8,079 bases of DNA from Paraphysomonas bandaiensis (lineage: Eukaryota; Protista; Chrysophyceae). A program made the position numbers and the translations under genes. The stretch is from contig CBFFRP010000666.1 in NCBI GenBank assembly GCA_965644295.1, positions 1 through 8,079 of the forward strand, written 5' to 3'. The notes below the pieces were generated by a model. That model was not told where the DNA came from, did not search any database, and saw only the letters and a list, made by a program, of their open reading frames with translations. Shown here piece by piece: positions 8,079-8,079 of this stretch (positions are counted from its first letter, which is position 1; the number at the start of each line of letters is the position of its first letter).

Positions 8079-8079
8079 G

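Larger units (their letters stand above)
2855..8079 (-). mobile_element. Non-LTR (LINE-type, APE-encoding) retrotransposon with accessory OTU-like and SET domains; RT truncated at its 3' end, 5' end outside the window
   Basis: APE motifs followed by non-LTR RT motifs 0-3 in one ORF; upstream overlapping ORFs on the same strand with the same C/A-rich coding-strand composition; top frame has no stop up to the window edge. Confidence 0.9.

Overview
Eukaryotic DNA, probably protist-like (inferred from a canonical 53-bp GT-AG intron and a LINE-type element). Left (308-1947, minus): a two-exon gene for an uncharacterised ~528-aa protein with a CxxC-x17-CxxC zinc finger, NLS-like basic patches and a coiled coil. 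Middle (2431-2854): an exact 164-bp direct repeat built from ~105-nt long-hairpin units with covarying stems. Right (~2855-8079, minus, open at the window edge): a non-LTR retrotransposon whose polyprotein, once three frameshifts are bridged, reads [degenerate OTU-like] - [OTU-like cysteine protease] - [SET lysine methyltransferase] - [APE endonuclease] - [RT, cut off at motif 3]. The C-terminal half of the SET domain and the first APE motif (TWNVNG) lie in a reading frame that the ORF track does not show there. The main candidate novelty is a LINE carrying its own putative chromatin/ubiquitin-modifying enzymes (SET + OTU) fused to the APE-RT. All domain calls are from motif recognition by eye; no searches were run.
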